A DNA stretch of 64,000 nt from Candidatus Spyradenecus sp. (GCA_045613865.1 JAZLBT010000013.1:26846-90845), one strand, 5' to 3'. Shown: positions 19,958 to 30,537, counted from the first letter of the stretch. Notes: generated by a model not told the origin, from the letters alone. Numbers and translations are program-made.

Positions 19958-20659
19958 TCACCTCATGATTACGCGTTGAAGGGATTCGTACACTGTTGCG
20001 TAGGTCCAAGCGTAGGCTTGATTTGTTGCCATCACCGTGCGACGATATTGATTCTTTAACGTACATGTATCATTATCTATAATCGCAATTGCAAACGATG
20101 CGACCACAAGATTCACCAAAAGAATTAATCCATACGAAAAAAAACGCCCATAGGCTCGAACATCTGTTTGCCCCACGGAAAGTAAAGTGTCTAACGTAAA
20201 GAAGATATGGTGTCCCGTACAGATTCCATAAAGAATAACCCATAGAACACTTGCTTGTGTACTTGGCCAAAAGCTAGCAAAGAGCGCATGAACACCCATT
20301 GTGACAAGCACATAAAAAGGAATAAAGTAAGGCGCCAACGTAATAACAATATTCGTTTTAGAAAGTTCAACCGATCCACCCGATTTCGTAACACGAAAAC
20401 TGTAAGGTCGCGCAAAAAAACAAAGTCCCACAAGCAAATGCGTCATCTCATGCGCAAAGACATAGGAAATTAATAATCGTTGACGAAGACAAAAATAAAA
20501 AAGTCCCATCACGCCAAGTGATACAAAGTAGATAATGGTTGTTGTTGTAGGTGCAACACTTGAAGAAAAAATCGACGCACACCCCTCAAGCAAGGCGTGT
20601 GCGAGACCCACTATCAATGGAAGCCAACATAGGGCGATGCACCAACGCAAAAATCCCAT
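19958..20659 (-). CDS. Polytopic membrane protein with an HExxH motif (putative intramembrane zinc metallopeptidase, M50/DUF3267-like).
   Basis: FAHEMTHLLVG sits within a transmembrane helix. There are 5–6 hydrophobic segments. Confidence 0.4.
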   Translation of the reverse strand: MGFLRWCIALCWLPLIVGLAHALLEGCASIFSSSVAPTTTTIIYFVSLGVMGLFYFCLRQRLLISYVFAHEMTHLLVGLCFFARPYSFRVTKSGGSVELSKTNIVITLAPYFIPFYVLVTMGVHALFASFWPSTQASVLWVILYGICTGHHIFFTLDTLLSVGQTDVRAYGRFFSYGLILLVNLVVASFAIAIIDNDTCTLKNQYRRTVMATNQAYAWTYATVYESLQRVIMR

Positions 20660-20664
20660 TCTAT

Positions 20665-23097
20665 TTATTCCTCGTCACTTTCTGTGGCATCTTCTGTATC
20701 CTCTTCTTCTGCAGAAGCTTCAGCTTGTTCCACGTCAAAAGGAATATTGAGACTTGGCAACATATCCGTTGTCTTCTTTAAACGTTGAGCATGTTCAATC
20801 AAACGTGCATAAAGATTTTTACCAGCAGCAGACTTTTCAATGGCATCCGCAAGATAGGTGTGAAGCACCATGGCTGCTCCAAGTGCAAGTTCCGAACGCA
20901 ATGATGGTTGAAGGGCAATTGCCTTAAGCGTAATATCATTTGCAATTGCCTGCTCAATCACGGGGATAATACGCGTACGTTCCGTTTCAAAGAACTTATT
21001 CCAACGCATTTCTCGGCCCTTGTAGACAATACTATCCTTATTTGCGACAGTAATGCCAAAATCTCGACGAACATGCTTCTGCAACTTCGCAAGATTCCCA
21101 TTGCTTACCCATTCAATCAACCATGTTTTAAAAGTATTTAAGACCGTAATACGCGTAGCATAAGCCTCTGCTGCAACTTTAGCCTCATTACTCTTTAAAC
21201 GTTGGAGAACCTTTTGATACTCAACTGTTGCATCTTCAGGCATAAAATCCTTTAATTCCTTCTCCACACGTGTCATACGGCTAGGAATTGATGCAACTTC
21301 TTCTTCGATACGCTTTTGTTCATCGCGAAGTGCTTCTTCCTTCGCACGTTGTTCTGCTTCTGCACGCTGAGCATTAACAATTTCTTGTTCCACGGAACGA
21401 CGATGTGCAAACGCAGTGCGCTTCATGGTATTAAGATTTTTCTCGTATCCTAGCAACTTAGATTTGATTGCCATTACCGTCTTTAGATTAGTTATTGTAA
21501 GCGTGTTTTCCAATGCTTCAAGAGCATCAATACTATCCATTTCCTCTAACGAAGCGAGAGCCTTTTCAATTGCTTCTGTTTCCGTTCGGATCTGCGTTGC
21601 TTGCGCTGTTAAAGAGGAAATATCTTCATTTGCTGTGCGAAGAACACGCAACAATTCCGTAGGAGCAGTTTCACCTTCGTATGTAGCCGAAAGATCAAGC
21701 CACTTCGCTTCCTTCTCATGCGTTGCCTCGTTCGCCGCTTTTTGAAGACGATCAAAAATGCTTTCACACGTACGAACATCAGCTTCAACTGTTGCAAGAT
21801 TTTGTTTAACAGTCTTTGCTTTTTCCTCAAGCGCTTTTTTTATCTTTACTTTTGCAGCACTCAACTGTTGTTGTGACTTTGTGCGTGCGGCTTGTTCCTG
21901 TTGCATAGCAATATCTGCTGCAGAGGTCTCTGTATTTGGTTGAGACTTATCTCCACCCATCATTAAAATTGCCACAACCGTTGCAATCACCAAACAAGCA
22001 ACACCTGCAATAATTCCAATAACAAGTGGCTTTTTGCTCTTCGTCGTTGGCACAAGAGGTGCATTAAAATTTGTCACCGTTGGCATCGGCATTGAAATAG
22101 GCCCCGTAACCGACTTGCCCTTAATCGTAATACGTTTACCCGACCCTATTGTAGACTTTAAGGGTGCAAGGGCCTTATCCATATCCTTGATAAGTGATTC
22201 ATAGTTTGGATAACGTCGATTCGGTTCAGCCTCAAGCATACGCATCACAATCTTATTGATGCTCTCAGGGCAATCGGGGCGCACTTCAATCAATGGACGT
22301 GCAGGACCAAGCAATCGCGCCTTAATCACCTCAACTGCATCTGCGCCTTCAAAAGGTGGAACACCTGCAATAGCATGATACAACGTACCACCGAGCGAAT
22401 AAATATCCGCGCGACAATCAACTTTTTGTTTACGTAATGTTTCTGGAGCAATGTAGTATGGCGTTCCCCACACATCATTGCTAGAAGATGCTCCCGCACC
22501 CGCAAGTGCAGCAATACCAAAATCTGCAAGCTTTGCTTCATGCGCTTCATTGATGAGAATATTTTCAGGTTTCACATCCCCGTGAACAAGACCATGTTCA
22601 CTTGCAGCGCGAAGACCATGAGCAGTTTGCAAACAATAATTCAATGCTGCAGCTGGCATCATCGGTCCTGCTGCCATCAGTTTGTCTAATGCATCTGGAA
22701 GCACCAACTCCATCACCAAATATGGCTGACCATCAACATCACCGAAAGCATAAATAGAAACAATATTCTGTGAATTCAAACGTGCTGCAGCTTGCGCTTC
22801 CTTGCGGAAAGAGTCAATAAAGGAGGGATCTTCTGCTGCCTTTTCACGAAGAATTACTTTGACTGCAATTTTACGCGCAAGACCATCGTCATATCCTTCA
22901 TAGACAGCGCCCATACCGCCTGCACCAATTAAACGCGTCAAACGATATTGCTGCCCCAAACGTCCAGGAACCATAATCTTCTGCGAACAATTCGGGCATT
23001 CAATTTCAGACAAAGGCGTTGCCGTTGTCGGCAATGCCGCATTGCAATTTGGGCAAGTCGGATTTTCAACTGGTTGAGCAATAATACCTACGGACAT
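20665..23097 (-). CDS. Ser/Thr protein kinase with N-terminal double zinc-ribbon, single TM and long coiled-coil C-terminal region.
   Basis: CPNC…CPNC N-terminus. Hanks kinase motifs GAGGMGAVY, HGDVKPENILI, DFG and APE. Transmembrane helix PLVIGIIAGVACLVIATVVAIL. C-terminal heptad-rich segment with an acidic tail. Confidence 0.85.
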   Translation of the reverse strand: MSVGIIAQPVENPTCPNCNAALPTTATPLSEIECPNCSQKIMVPGRLGQQYRLTRLIGAGGMGAVYEGYDDGLARKIAVKVILREKAAEDPSFIDSFRKEAQAAARLNSQNIVSIYAFGDVDGQPYLVMELVLPDALDKLMAAGPMMPAAALNYCLQTAHGLRAASEHGLVHGDVKPENILINEAHEAKLADFGIAALAGAGASSSNDVWGTPYYIAPETLRKQKVDCRADIYSLGGTLYHAIAGVPPFEGADAVEVIKARLLGPARPLIEVRPDCPESINKIVMRMLEAEPNRRYPNYESLIKDMDKALAPLKSTIGSGKRITIKGKSVTGPISMPMPTVTNFNAPLVPTTKSKKPLVIGIIAGVACLVIATVVAILMMGGDKSQPNTETSAADIAMQQEQAARTKSQQQLSAAKVKIKKALEEKAKTVKQNLATVEADVRTCESIFDRLQKAANEATHEKEAKWLDLSATYEGETAPTELLRVLRTANEDISSLTAQATQIRTETEAIEKALASLEEMDSIDALEALENTLTITNLKTVMAIKSKLLGYEKNLNTMKRTAFAHRRSVEQEIVNAQRAEAEQRAKEEALRDEQKRIEEEVASIPSRMTRVEKELKDFMPEDATVEYQKVLQRLKSNEAKVAAEAYATRITVLNTFKTWLIEWVSNGNLAKLQKHVRRDFGITVANKDSIVYKGREMRWNKFFETERTRIIPVIEQAIANDITLKAIALQPSLRSELALGAAMVLHTYLADAIEKSAAGKNLYARLIEHAQRLKKTTDMLPSLNIPFDVEQAEASAEEEDTEDATESDEE

Positions 23098-23117
23098 AAC
23101 TCAATTCCTCTCTTCAC

Positions 23118-24281
23118 TCAAGCATGACGTTCTTGCAACAAAGCAACCGAGCGTTCAATCAAACGCTCATTCATCTCATGAACTTCAATCTTTTGTCCCA
23201 AACCATTGGGCAACGTAACGCACAAATCGCCACCAAGATGTTCCTTGAATTGACGAAGCCCTTCAAGGATGGTTAATCGGTCATCTGTACCGCGTAAAGC
23301 AAGTTCATCACACCATACGCGTAACCCACAGCTCTTCAACAATGCAATAACACGCGCGGCCTCTACAGGAGTGATAAGATCCAACAAAGAAGCATACATC
23401 ACATCCAATGCAATTCCAATTGCGACTGCCTCTCCATGAGACATTTGATAACACGTCATCGCTTCCAAACGATGCGCACACCAATGACCAAAATCGAGCG
23501 GACGCGCAGTTCCACGTTCAAAAGGATCGCCACCAGCCGCAATGTGCGTAAGATGGAGTTGCGCTGTTCGATAGACCATTTCCTCCATCACAGGCAATTC
23601 GCGTGCAAGAAGTGCTGAGGCATTTTCTTGCAACCACTCAAGGAAGGCGACATCCTTAATGACTGCAACTTTCACCGCTTCTGAAATGCCATTACGCCAA
23701 TCCTTATCCGACAGCGTCGGCAAAAAAAGGCTATCATTCACAACGGCCGCGGGCGGGGCAAAGGTACCCAAGAAATTCTTACAGGATCCATAATCAACAC
23801 CATTTTTAACACCAACACCTGCATCTGCCTGTGAGAGTGTTGTTGTGTTAACACGAATCACACGACAACCACGATGAACAACCGATGCTGCATAACCAAC
23901 AACATCTTGTACAGACCCGCCACCAATAACAATGAACGTATCTTTACGCCCAATGTGTGTCTGATAAGCGAGCTTAACAAGGCGCTCTGTAACGCCATCA
24001 TGTTTCTTCACAAATTCATTACCGGGTAAAAACTCAATTGGCATTGCCAATTCAACCTTATCCTGACGTGCTGTAATCCATGCGGTAATCTTTTGTACAA
24101 GCTGAGGATGTGCACATTCTACCCCGCGATCAATCACGACAACAATACGATACGGCTTAGGCGCCATCTCATCACGGGCAAGCAAATCAATCAAGACATC
24201 ATTCTGCAGATCAAAGAGATCATGACAGAAAATGACAGGATAAGTATAAGTTACAGCAAAGCGTTGCTCAATCGTTTTCAT
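23118..24281 (-). CDS. 3-dehydroquinate synthase family protein (AroB-like sugar-phosphate cyclase).
   Basis: DHQS glycine-rich and metal-binding regions (VIGGGSVQDVVGYAA…RVNTTTLSQADAGVGVKNGV…). 387 aa. Confidence 0.6.
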   Translation of the reverse strand: MKTIEQRFAVTYTYPVIFCHDLFDLQNDVLIDLLARDEMAPKPYRIVVVIDRGVECAHPQLVQKITAWITARQDKVELAMPIEFLPGNEFVKKHDGVTERLVKLAYQTHIGRKDTFIVIGGGSVQDVVGYAASVVHRGCRVIRVNTTTLSQADAGVGVKNGVDYGSCKNFLGTFAPPAAVVNDSLFLPTLSDKDWRNGISEAVKVAVIKDVAFLEWLQENASALLARELPVMEEMVYRTAQLHLTHIAAGGDPFERGTARPLDFGHWCAHRLEAMTCYQMSHGEAVAIGIALDVMYASLLDLITPVEAARVIALLKSCGLRVWCDELALRGTDDRLTILEGLRQFKEHLGGDLCVTLPNGLGQKIEVHEMNERLIERSVALLQERHA

Positions 24282-24362
24282 ATTATAAGTATAACATACT
24301 TTTTCTTACCACGAAAGTGAAAAAATAAAATTATACCCATCACAGCATAGAAAATGCACCTT

Positions 24363-24389
24363 GCGCGAAATACACATAAACTTTCGCGC
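24363..24389. other. Perfect 8-bp stem-loop (GCGCGAAA-N11-TTTCGCGC) in the 143-nt gap between the radical SAM gene and the AroB-like gene.
   Basis: Read directly. There is no flanking U-tract in the transcribed orientation, so it is not a classical terminator. It could be a processing or attenuation element. Confidence 0.5.
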
Positions 24390-24424
24390 GACAAAAATCA
24401 ACAATCAGATGATAAAAATCACGC

Positions 24425-25420
24425 TTACGCTTCTTGAGGTGACAATCCAAGAGCGTCAAAATCTGCGTATAAAGCATCCATTGCATCAAGCTGAGGTGCC
24501 GCAACACAAATTTTACCAGGATAAATGCGATAACCTTCACGCACATCCACGGGGGTAAGATTGGGCATAAAGACATTCGCCCCAGAAGACAACCCCCGCA
24601 AACGTCCTTGATGTGGGTCGAGTGTTGATAGTGCTGTCGTTGAGGGAATATTCGCGTTAGGCAAAAGATGACGAACCAACGCATAACAACGGCATGTAAA
24701 GTCGACAGATACAGGCACTTCAGAGCGTTCTTTACACTGACCAAGCGGTGTTTGTGGATCTACAAGATAAGGTCCTAAACCAACCATATCAAGATTTAAT
24801 TCAGCAATTAATTGTAAATCCTCTACAACCGACTTTAAGGTCTGTCGTGGCAATCCAAGCATCATGCCACTCCCCACCTCATATCCCATCTCTCGTAACC
24901 GTTGGAGATACTCGATTCGCGCATGTACTGTGGACTTTTCAGCACCAGGATGAATCCACTTGAACAAGGCAATATCAGATGTTTCAAAACGTAAGAGATA
25001 ACGATCTGCACCAGCTTCTCGCCATGCTTCATAATCCCCAACATCACGCTCACCAAGCGAAAGTGTAATCTTTTGCCCCGTTTCTCCTTTAATGCGACGA
25101 ATAAGTTCACAAACCCGTTCTCGCGTCCACAAAGATGCACATTCTCCCGCTTGGAGAACAACGGTCCCAAAACGTTGCTTTTGAGCGAGTTTTGCACATG
25201 CAAGAATTGTCTCATCATTCAATACATAACGATGTGCTTGAGAGTTGGAATGACGCATTCCACAATAAAGACAATCACGATCACAAACACTCGCAAGCTC
25301 AATTAATCCTCGCAAGTAAACTCGATTTCCTTTGGTACGTTGACGAATCTCACGCGCAGCAGCAAAAAGCGCCTCGGCATGAGGTTGTGTAAGTGCTTGA
25401 AGGAGTTCTTCGCCTGTCAT
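24425..25420 (-). CDS. hydE: Radical SAM enzyme of the HydE / biotin-synthase-like subfamily (a [FeFe]-hydrogenase maturase HydE homologue).
   Basis: CDRDCLYCGMRHSN (Cx3Cx2C). LSLGE…AGADRYLLRFETSD. GYEVGSGMMLGLPRQT. NIPSTTAL…GANVFMPNLTP…YPGKICV. These recalled HydE landmarks line up along the whole length. Confidence 0.65.
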   Translation of the reverse strand: MTGEELLQALTQPHAEALFAAAREIRQRTKGNRVYLRGLIELASVCDRDCLYCGMRHSNSQAHRYVLNDETILACAKLAQKQRFGTVVLQAGECASLWTRERVCELIRRIKGETGQKITLSLGERDVGDYEAWREAGADRYLLRFETSDIALFKWIHPGAEKSTVHARIEYLQRLREMGYEVGSGMMLGLPRQTLKSVVEDLQLIAELNLDMVGLGPYLVDPQTPLGQCKERSEVPVSVDFTCRCYALVRHLLPNANIPSTTALSTLDPHQGRLRGLSSGANVFMPNLTPVDVREGYRIYPGKICVAAPQLDAMDALYADFDALGLSPQEA

Positions 25421-25425
25421 TCCCC

Positions 25426-25917
25426 CTAGCCTTTCTGCGGAATCACGGTTGCGACAGCCATCGCGGAAATTCCTTCACGACGACCAATCGCGCCAAGTCC
25501 TTCAACCGTTGTCGCTTTCACAGAAACCGCATCTATAGGAATTTGCATTGCATCTGCAAGACACTGTCGCATCGCGGGAATATGGGGCATTAATTTAGGT
25601 CGTTCTGCAAGCAGCGTTGCATCAACGTTAGAGATACTCCATCCCTTCGTATGAAGCCTTGCCACGACTGCACGCAAAAGCGCGATACTATTTGCACCTT
25701 TCCACTGTGGATCAGTATCAGGGAAGTGTTGCCCAATATCTCCATCTGCGATAGCGCCTAAAAGTGCGTCCATAATAGCGTGAGTTAACACATCCGCATC
25801 TGAATGGCCTAAGAGTCCATGCGTGTGTTCAATCTCAACACCACCTAAAATCAATTTACGTTCGGTGACCAAACGATGAGTATCAAAACCAATTCCAGTA
25901 CGCATCTCTACCTCCAT
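25426..25917 (-). CDS. ispF: 2-C-methyl-D-erythritol 2,4-cyclodiphosphate synthase.
   Basis: GIGFDTHRL, GHSDADVL, and about 160 aa. Confidence 0.9.
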   Translation of the reverse strand: MEVEMRTGIGFDTHRLVTERKLILGGVEIEHTHGLLGHSDADVLTHAIMDALLGAIADGDIGQHFPDTDPQWKGANSIALLRAVVARLHTKGWSISNVDATLLAERPKLMPHIPAMRQCLADAMQIPIDAVSVKATTVEGLGAIGRREGISAMAVATVIPQKG

Positions 25918-26711
25918 TAAATCTCAAAACATCTTCCTGTGGCAAGCGGCTCTAAATGTTCTCCGAGAATTTCTTTTAGAATAGCATATTGCTCATCACC
26001 TGTACAATGGCCCGTATAATAAATTGTTCCCGCCGTCTTCAACTGTTGTGCCAAGGTGCGTAATCGTTGACGATCTTCTTGCGTCTCTAATGACCACTTC
26101 GAGAGATGAAATCCCCCAATAAAAACATCTGGTTTCAACGCATTAACCCAATTCAAAATTCCCCAATGAGCACAACCACTCACAACAATATGTCGCCCTT
26201 TATCACGAAAAGACAAAACCATTTCATGGCGAAAATCGTCAGCCTTAAACATCCCCTTCTCATAACGCATGAGTCCACCTGCGTCAATAGGAACGCATTG
26301 CTTCTCCTTTGGGAAAGTACACACACATGCATCTGCAGACAATGCGTATCGCTCCGAAACGAAGTGAAGATCTGTAGCGCCTTTCAAATCAACATCAAGC
26401 CCAATACGCTTTCCTCGGCTATTGTAATAGTCATCAAAGGCATGTTCACTGAGGTAAATTGGAATATGAAGCCCCAACTGCAAGAGAGCCTCAAGTCCAC
26501 CGCCATGATCATAGTGCCCATGCGATAAAATCACACCATCAACTGTCGATAACGAAATCCCAAGTTGTTGAGCCGTTTCCAAAAAGAGACGCCCTTGTCC
26601 TAAATCAAAAATCCAATGGCGTCCCTCACTTTGAAGCGAAAGGCTTAAACCATGTTCACAGCCAAACGCTGCATTATCCGCATGATTCTCTGCTAAAACA
26701 GCACATTTCAC
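25917..26711 (-). CDS. MBL-fold metallo-hydrolase.
   Basis: HGHYDHGGG motif (HxHxDH) plus downstream His/Asp ligands. Confidence 0.7.
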   Translation of the reverse strand: MKCAVLAENHADNAAFGCEHGLSLSLQSEGRHWIFDLGQGRLFLETAQQLGISLSTVDGVILSHGHYDHGGGLEALLQLGLHIPIYLSEHAFDDYYNSRGKRIGLDVDLKGATDLHFVSERYALSADACVCTFPKEKQCVPIDAGGLMRYEKGMFKADDFRHEMVLSFRDKGRHIVVSGCAHWGILNWVNALKPDVFIGGFHLSKWSLETQEDRQRLRTLAQQLKTAGTIYYTGHCTGDEQYAILKEILGEHLEPLATGRCFEI

Positions 26712-27949
26712 GACAACAACTCCTCATAAAACGCACCATTATGATAGGCTTTAGGAACAATGATACGAGGTTCTCCTCGTGTCGCAGGCGCCTTTAATTT
26801 ACAACGCAAACGCTCTGCTGACCAGCCTTCCCAATAACCTGCCTTCTCTTGTTCTGGAATCACCTCAAGTGTACGTCCAAGATAACGCGGCATTAATGCC
26901 TCACGTTTAGCATTCGCAAGCGCAGTCAACGTTTGAACACGCGCATACTGAAGGTGTTGTGGAACTTGTTGAGGAAATGTTGCAGCAGGCGTCCCCGGGC
27001 GTCGTGAATAAGGAAAAATGTGCGCACCAGTGAAAGGATAATCTTGCACCAACTGCGCAGTGGCTTGTGCATCTGCATCCCTTTCTCCCGGAAGCCCTAC
27101 AATCCAATCTGCACCGAGTCCAGCATAAGGTAACGTTGTTGCAATCTTATCAAGTAACATGCGTATTTGACGCACCGTATATTTTCGTCCCATTGCTTTC
27201 AAAAGTGCATCTGACCCTGTTTGTAAAGGCAAATGCAAAAACTCGCAAACACGTCCACCTGACCTTGCAATAAAATCAACCAATGCCTGATCATCCAAAA
27301 GTCCCGGTTCTAGCGAACTAATACGAAATCGCCCTTCTCCCGCGCGTTCACACAAACGTTGAAGCAAGGTAAGAAAATCTACACCAGTTTCTGGATCTTG
27401 ATAAAGCGCCAAATGACACCCTGTGAGTACAATCTCACGATATCCCTCTTCAAAAAGACAATCCACCGATGCAATCAATTTCGACATCGGTTCTGAAACG
27501 GGTTTCCCACGCATATAAGGCACAATGCAATAGGCACAAAATTGATCACACCCATCTTGAATAATCAATGATGCTCGCGTTTTAAGCCGTGACGTCGTGA
27601 CGGGAACAGTAGATTCCGTAGAAGATGTCTCGAAAAAAGCAGACACATGTTGCAACCAAGCCGACTTCGCCTCATGCGGCAAACGCAACGTACATAACTG
27701 TTCAGGAAGTAGTGTTGCCGCACACCCACTCACAACAATCTTTAATTGAGGAAATTTACGATGATATGCACGTAACGCTTTTTCAATCTCATGCACTGCA
27801 GGTTCAGTCACCGCACACGAATGAACAAAAAGAACCTCTGCTTTTTCAACATCAACCGCATGCCATCCCTTTGCTTCAAGCGCTGTACGCCATCCTGCCG
27901 CCTCTGCTTGATTTAATCGACATCCATAAACTTGAAAAGTAAATCGCAT
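26708..27949 (-). CDS. MiaB-family radical SAM methylthiotransferase (MtaB/RimO/MiaB-like).
   Basis: N-terminal MTTase domain (QVYGCRLNQAEA). Radical SAM motif GCDQFCAYC. C-terminal TRAM-like region. 413 aa. Confidence 0.75.
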   Translation of the reverse strand: MRFTFQVYGCRLNQAEAAGWRTALEAKGWHAVDVEKAEVLFVHSCAVTEPAVHEIEKALRAYHRKFPQLKIVVSGCAATLLPEQLCTLRLPHEAKSAWLQHVSAFFETSSTESTVPVTTSRLKTRASLIIQDGCDQFCAYCIVPYMRGKPVSEPMSKLIASVDCLFEEGYREIVLTGCHLALYQDPETGVDFLTLLQRLCERAGEGRFRISSLEPGLLDDQALVDFIARSGGRVCEFLHLPLQTGSDALLKAMGRKYTVRQIRMLLDKIATTLPYAGLGADWIVGLPGERDADAQATAQLVQDYPFTGAHIFPYSRRPGTPAATFPQQVPQHLQYARVQTLTALANAKREALMPRYLGRTLEVIPEQEKAGYWEGWSAERLRCKLKAPATRGEPRIIVPKAYHNGAFYEELLS

Positions 27950-27963
27950 GCTACACCCTGTGA

Positions 27964-29085
27964 TTAGTAATCGTACTTATCCGTTGAGATTGGCACGAAC
28001 TGACGAGGATTCATCACACGACGAAGAATACGCTTTGCATAAGCCTCTGCATACGAAACACCTTCCATACGATCCGAAGTGCGGCCATTATAACGTTGCA
28101 ACGCCACGCGCCAAGAATCAAAGTAAGCCTTCGGTCGTTGTTCCAAGCCTGTACCCGAAACACCATATCCCTTACGCGCAAGAAACGCAATCCCCGCGCG
28201 AATATTTTGTTCAAGCGACCCCTCGTTACGCGAAGAAGGTTTCTTCAGGCCAAGTGCCTTTTTAGCATTTGACCAATCCCCTGGCACATTCACTTGCATG
28301 GGATCTTTTTTCCAAGCGCGCGTTGAGCGTGGACCATTACCACCCGTCTCTTCAATCATCATGGCTTTAATCAATGCAGGATCAAGCAATGGCAAATCGA
28401 GGACCGTCCCCTCTGCTGCACCCAATGCCTTCTCGGGATGATCATTAAACTCTTTTACCAACTTTAAAATCAATGCGTCATGCGCCTGATAACGCGCATC
28501 TTCAAACCCTGCAAAAACAGGCAAAGATGACACCTGCTTTAAAGGACTTTTCAAAAGCACCGCATCAGGGTGATTTGAAATCGATGTCTGGCTATAATAC
28601 GAACGGAAGAAAACCTCCAACCGCGAAACAATCTCATGCTCTTCATTATACACATGGCGACGATCAATAATGAATGCCCCCCATGCGTCAAATGCATACT
28701 CACGCCCTTGCCACACAATCGTATAATGAACAAACTCTTTCCAATTACTAGGATAAACCTGCGTTTCTGCCGTTGTTAATGGTGGCGGATCTCCTTTTGA
28801 GCGATGTTCTACACTAACGCGCAATGCATCCACCTTAAGAAAGAGATTCAAAACCCCATGGAGCGACTCCTCTCCCAATTGGAATTGTACACGTGCGTAT
28901 GGCTCACAAATCTGATAATCCCCAAGATGATAAACATGCACCTCTGGCATCTCCGCCGCGCGAGCACACATAACCGAGGCAAAAAAGAAAAATAATGCAA
29001 CAAACACACGGCGACAAAAGCCCCCCTGTGTTCCTTTCATTTGCGTCTTCTTCTCTGTCATAAATCGCACTGCACTCCCTCTCAA
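27964..29085 (-). CDS. Secreted or membrane-anchored protein with a C-terminal lytic-transglycosylase (SLT)-like domain.
   Basis: Signal/anchor at residues ~20–45 (probable true start near 29040). The C-terminus, MMIEETGG…NIRAGIAFLARK…ALQRYNG…YAEAYAKRIL, resembles the SLT catalytic region. Confidence 0.45.
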   Translation of the reverse strand: MRGSAVRFMTEKKTQMKGTQGGFCRRVFVALFFFFASVMCARAAEMPEVHVYHLGDYQICEPYARVQFQLGEESLHGVLNLFLKVDALRVSVEHRSKGDPPPLTTAETQVYPSNWKEFVHYTIVWQGREYAFDAWGAFIIDRRHVYNEEHEIVSRLEVFFRSYYSQTSISNHPDAVLLKSPLKQVSSLPVFAGFEDARYQAHDALILKLVKEFNDHPEKALGAAEGTVLDLPLLDPALIKAMMIEETGGNGPRSTRAWKKDPMQVNVPGDWSNAKKALGLKKPSSRNEGSLEQNIRAGIAFLARKGYGVSGTGLEQRPKAYFDSWRVALQRYNGRTSDRMEGVSYAEAYAKRILRRVMNPRQFVPISTDKYDY

Positions 29086-29117
29086 TCGAGATTTAACACA
29101 CGTGCTAAAACAATCGC

Positions 29118-30518
29118 CTACTTACTTGTTCCCAAGATTGTTGCAATTCGTTGAGGACTTGGCCGCCAATAAAGCTTCTTCGGCGTATGAATAACAGCAT
29201 TGCTCTCACGATGATAGAGCACGCCATCCTTAGAGTAAAACATTGGATTCGATTGATGACACGTAATATACATCAAATTCGGGAACTGCTCGAAAAATCC
29301 ATTTGGAATCACGGTAACATGTGCTGGCAAAACAATTGCTGTTACCCCTGGCACCTCTACCTCGGGTGTAATCAACGATGCCTCATCATCATAAACAACA
29401 ACCCCTTGATGATACGGAGAAAGAGTCTTAACAGTGGAATGATTTTGAATCGACTCCCACTGCCATTTTGCTTGATAATCCGCAACCACTTGCTTCGTTG
29501 ACGAAACGAGATAATACCCAACACCCGCCAACGCAACAAGTGCCGAAGCAAGTCCCATTGCCTTGACAGCCACTCCCATTCGACGGCGACGCGCCACTTT
29601 CTTCGCATAGGCAGGCAAGTTCAAAATCCACAAGATGATTTCGCGCATCGATTGCCAACGTTCCTCTGGATTCTTACGAATGCAACGTTCAATCAAAATA
29701 TCCCATCCTGGATTTAACCCCATGCTTGAAGGTCGCTTCCACATTCCAACAGGAAACGTTCCCGTCAACATACGACACATCATCACACCAAAAGCGTAAA
29801 TATCCACAGCAGGAGTGAGAACGGCCTTCGGATCCCACTGTTCGGGCGCCATATAATCCGGCGTTCCACGAACCGCATCATCGGTTAATGTCGAATCAAT
29901 TGCTGCAGCCGCACGTGCGATACCAAAGTCCGTCACAACGGCATGGCCATCGTCTCGAATCAACACATTTCCCGGCTTCAAGTCACAGTGAACAATTGCC
30001 CCGTCAACAAAGGTGTGTGCATAGAAAAGTGCACGTGCAACGTCAGAAGCTAGCGTTTGCACAATACGTTCATCTATGCGCCCCTGCTTCGCAAGCACAT
30101 CTTCAAGCGTGAGCGAAATACGCGAAGAGGTTTCTTCCACATTCGTCGTTACACGCGAGAACCAATTCCGTCCCGACAAAACATCTTTATAGCGATCACG
30201 CGGCAAACCCACGTAGTCCATGATAAAGTAAAGACGACCTGTTTCCGGCATTACACCCATTGTGTGTAGCGTCACAATGTTATTATGGCGCAAACGAACG
30301 GTTGTACGGGCTTCTTCAATAAAGTTTTCAATCGCTTCACTTGTATCTGCGCGTTGAATGTCCTCGCGCAAAACCTTCATTGCGAAAAATTCACGCAACA
30401 ATGGATTCACGACTTCATAAACATCACCCATGCCACCTGACGCAAAGTGCTTCACAACGCGATAGTCACCGACAAGCGTCTGAGAGGGAATAATTGAGCT
30501 ATTCTTCGTCTTATTCAT
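29118..30518 (-). CDS. Membrane-anchored Ser/Thr protein kinase.
   Basis: Hanks motifs GGMGDVYEV, HCDLKPGNVLI, DFG and APE. Transmembrane segment near residue ~330. Short extracytoplasmic C-terminus. Confidence 0.85.
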   Translation of the reverse strand: MNKTKNSSIIPSQTLVGDYRVVKHFASGGMGDVYEVVNPLLREFFAMKVLREDIQRADTSEAIENFIEEARTTVRLRHNNIVTLHTMGVMPETGRLYFIMDYVGLPRDRYKDVLSGRNWFSRVTTNVEETSSRISLTLEDVLAKQGRIDERIVQTLASDVARALFYAHTFVDGAIVHCDLKPGNVLIRDDGHAVVTDFGIARAAAAIDSTLTDDAVRGTPDYMAPEQWDPKAVLTPAVDIYAFGVMMCRMLTGTFPVGMWKRPSSMGLNPGWDILIERCIRKNPEERWQSMREIILWILNLPAYAKKVARRRRMGVAVKAMGLASALVALAGVGYYLVSSTKQVVADYQAKWQWESIQNHSTVKTLSPYHQGVVVYDDEASLITPEVEVPGVTAIVLPAHVTVIPNGFFEQFPNLMYITCHQSNPMFYSKDGVLYHRESNAVIHTPKKLYWRPSPQRIATILGTSK

Positions 30519-30537
30519 TCAACACCCGTTATCCCTC

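Noticed and set aside
19195-20659. A SIR2 protein next to a membrane HExxH protein, considered as a possible Thoeris/DSR-like anti-phage module.
   Set aside because: The sirtuin has the full CobB-type NAD-binding and Zn-ribbon deacylase motifs. It lacks SLOG/TIR partner domains and sits in a housekeeping array. This is ordinary CobB.
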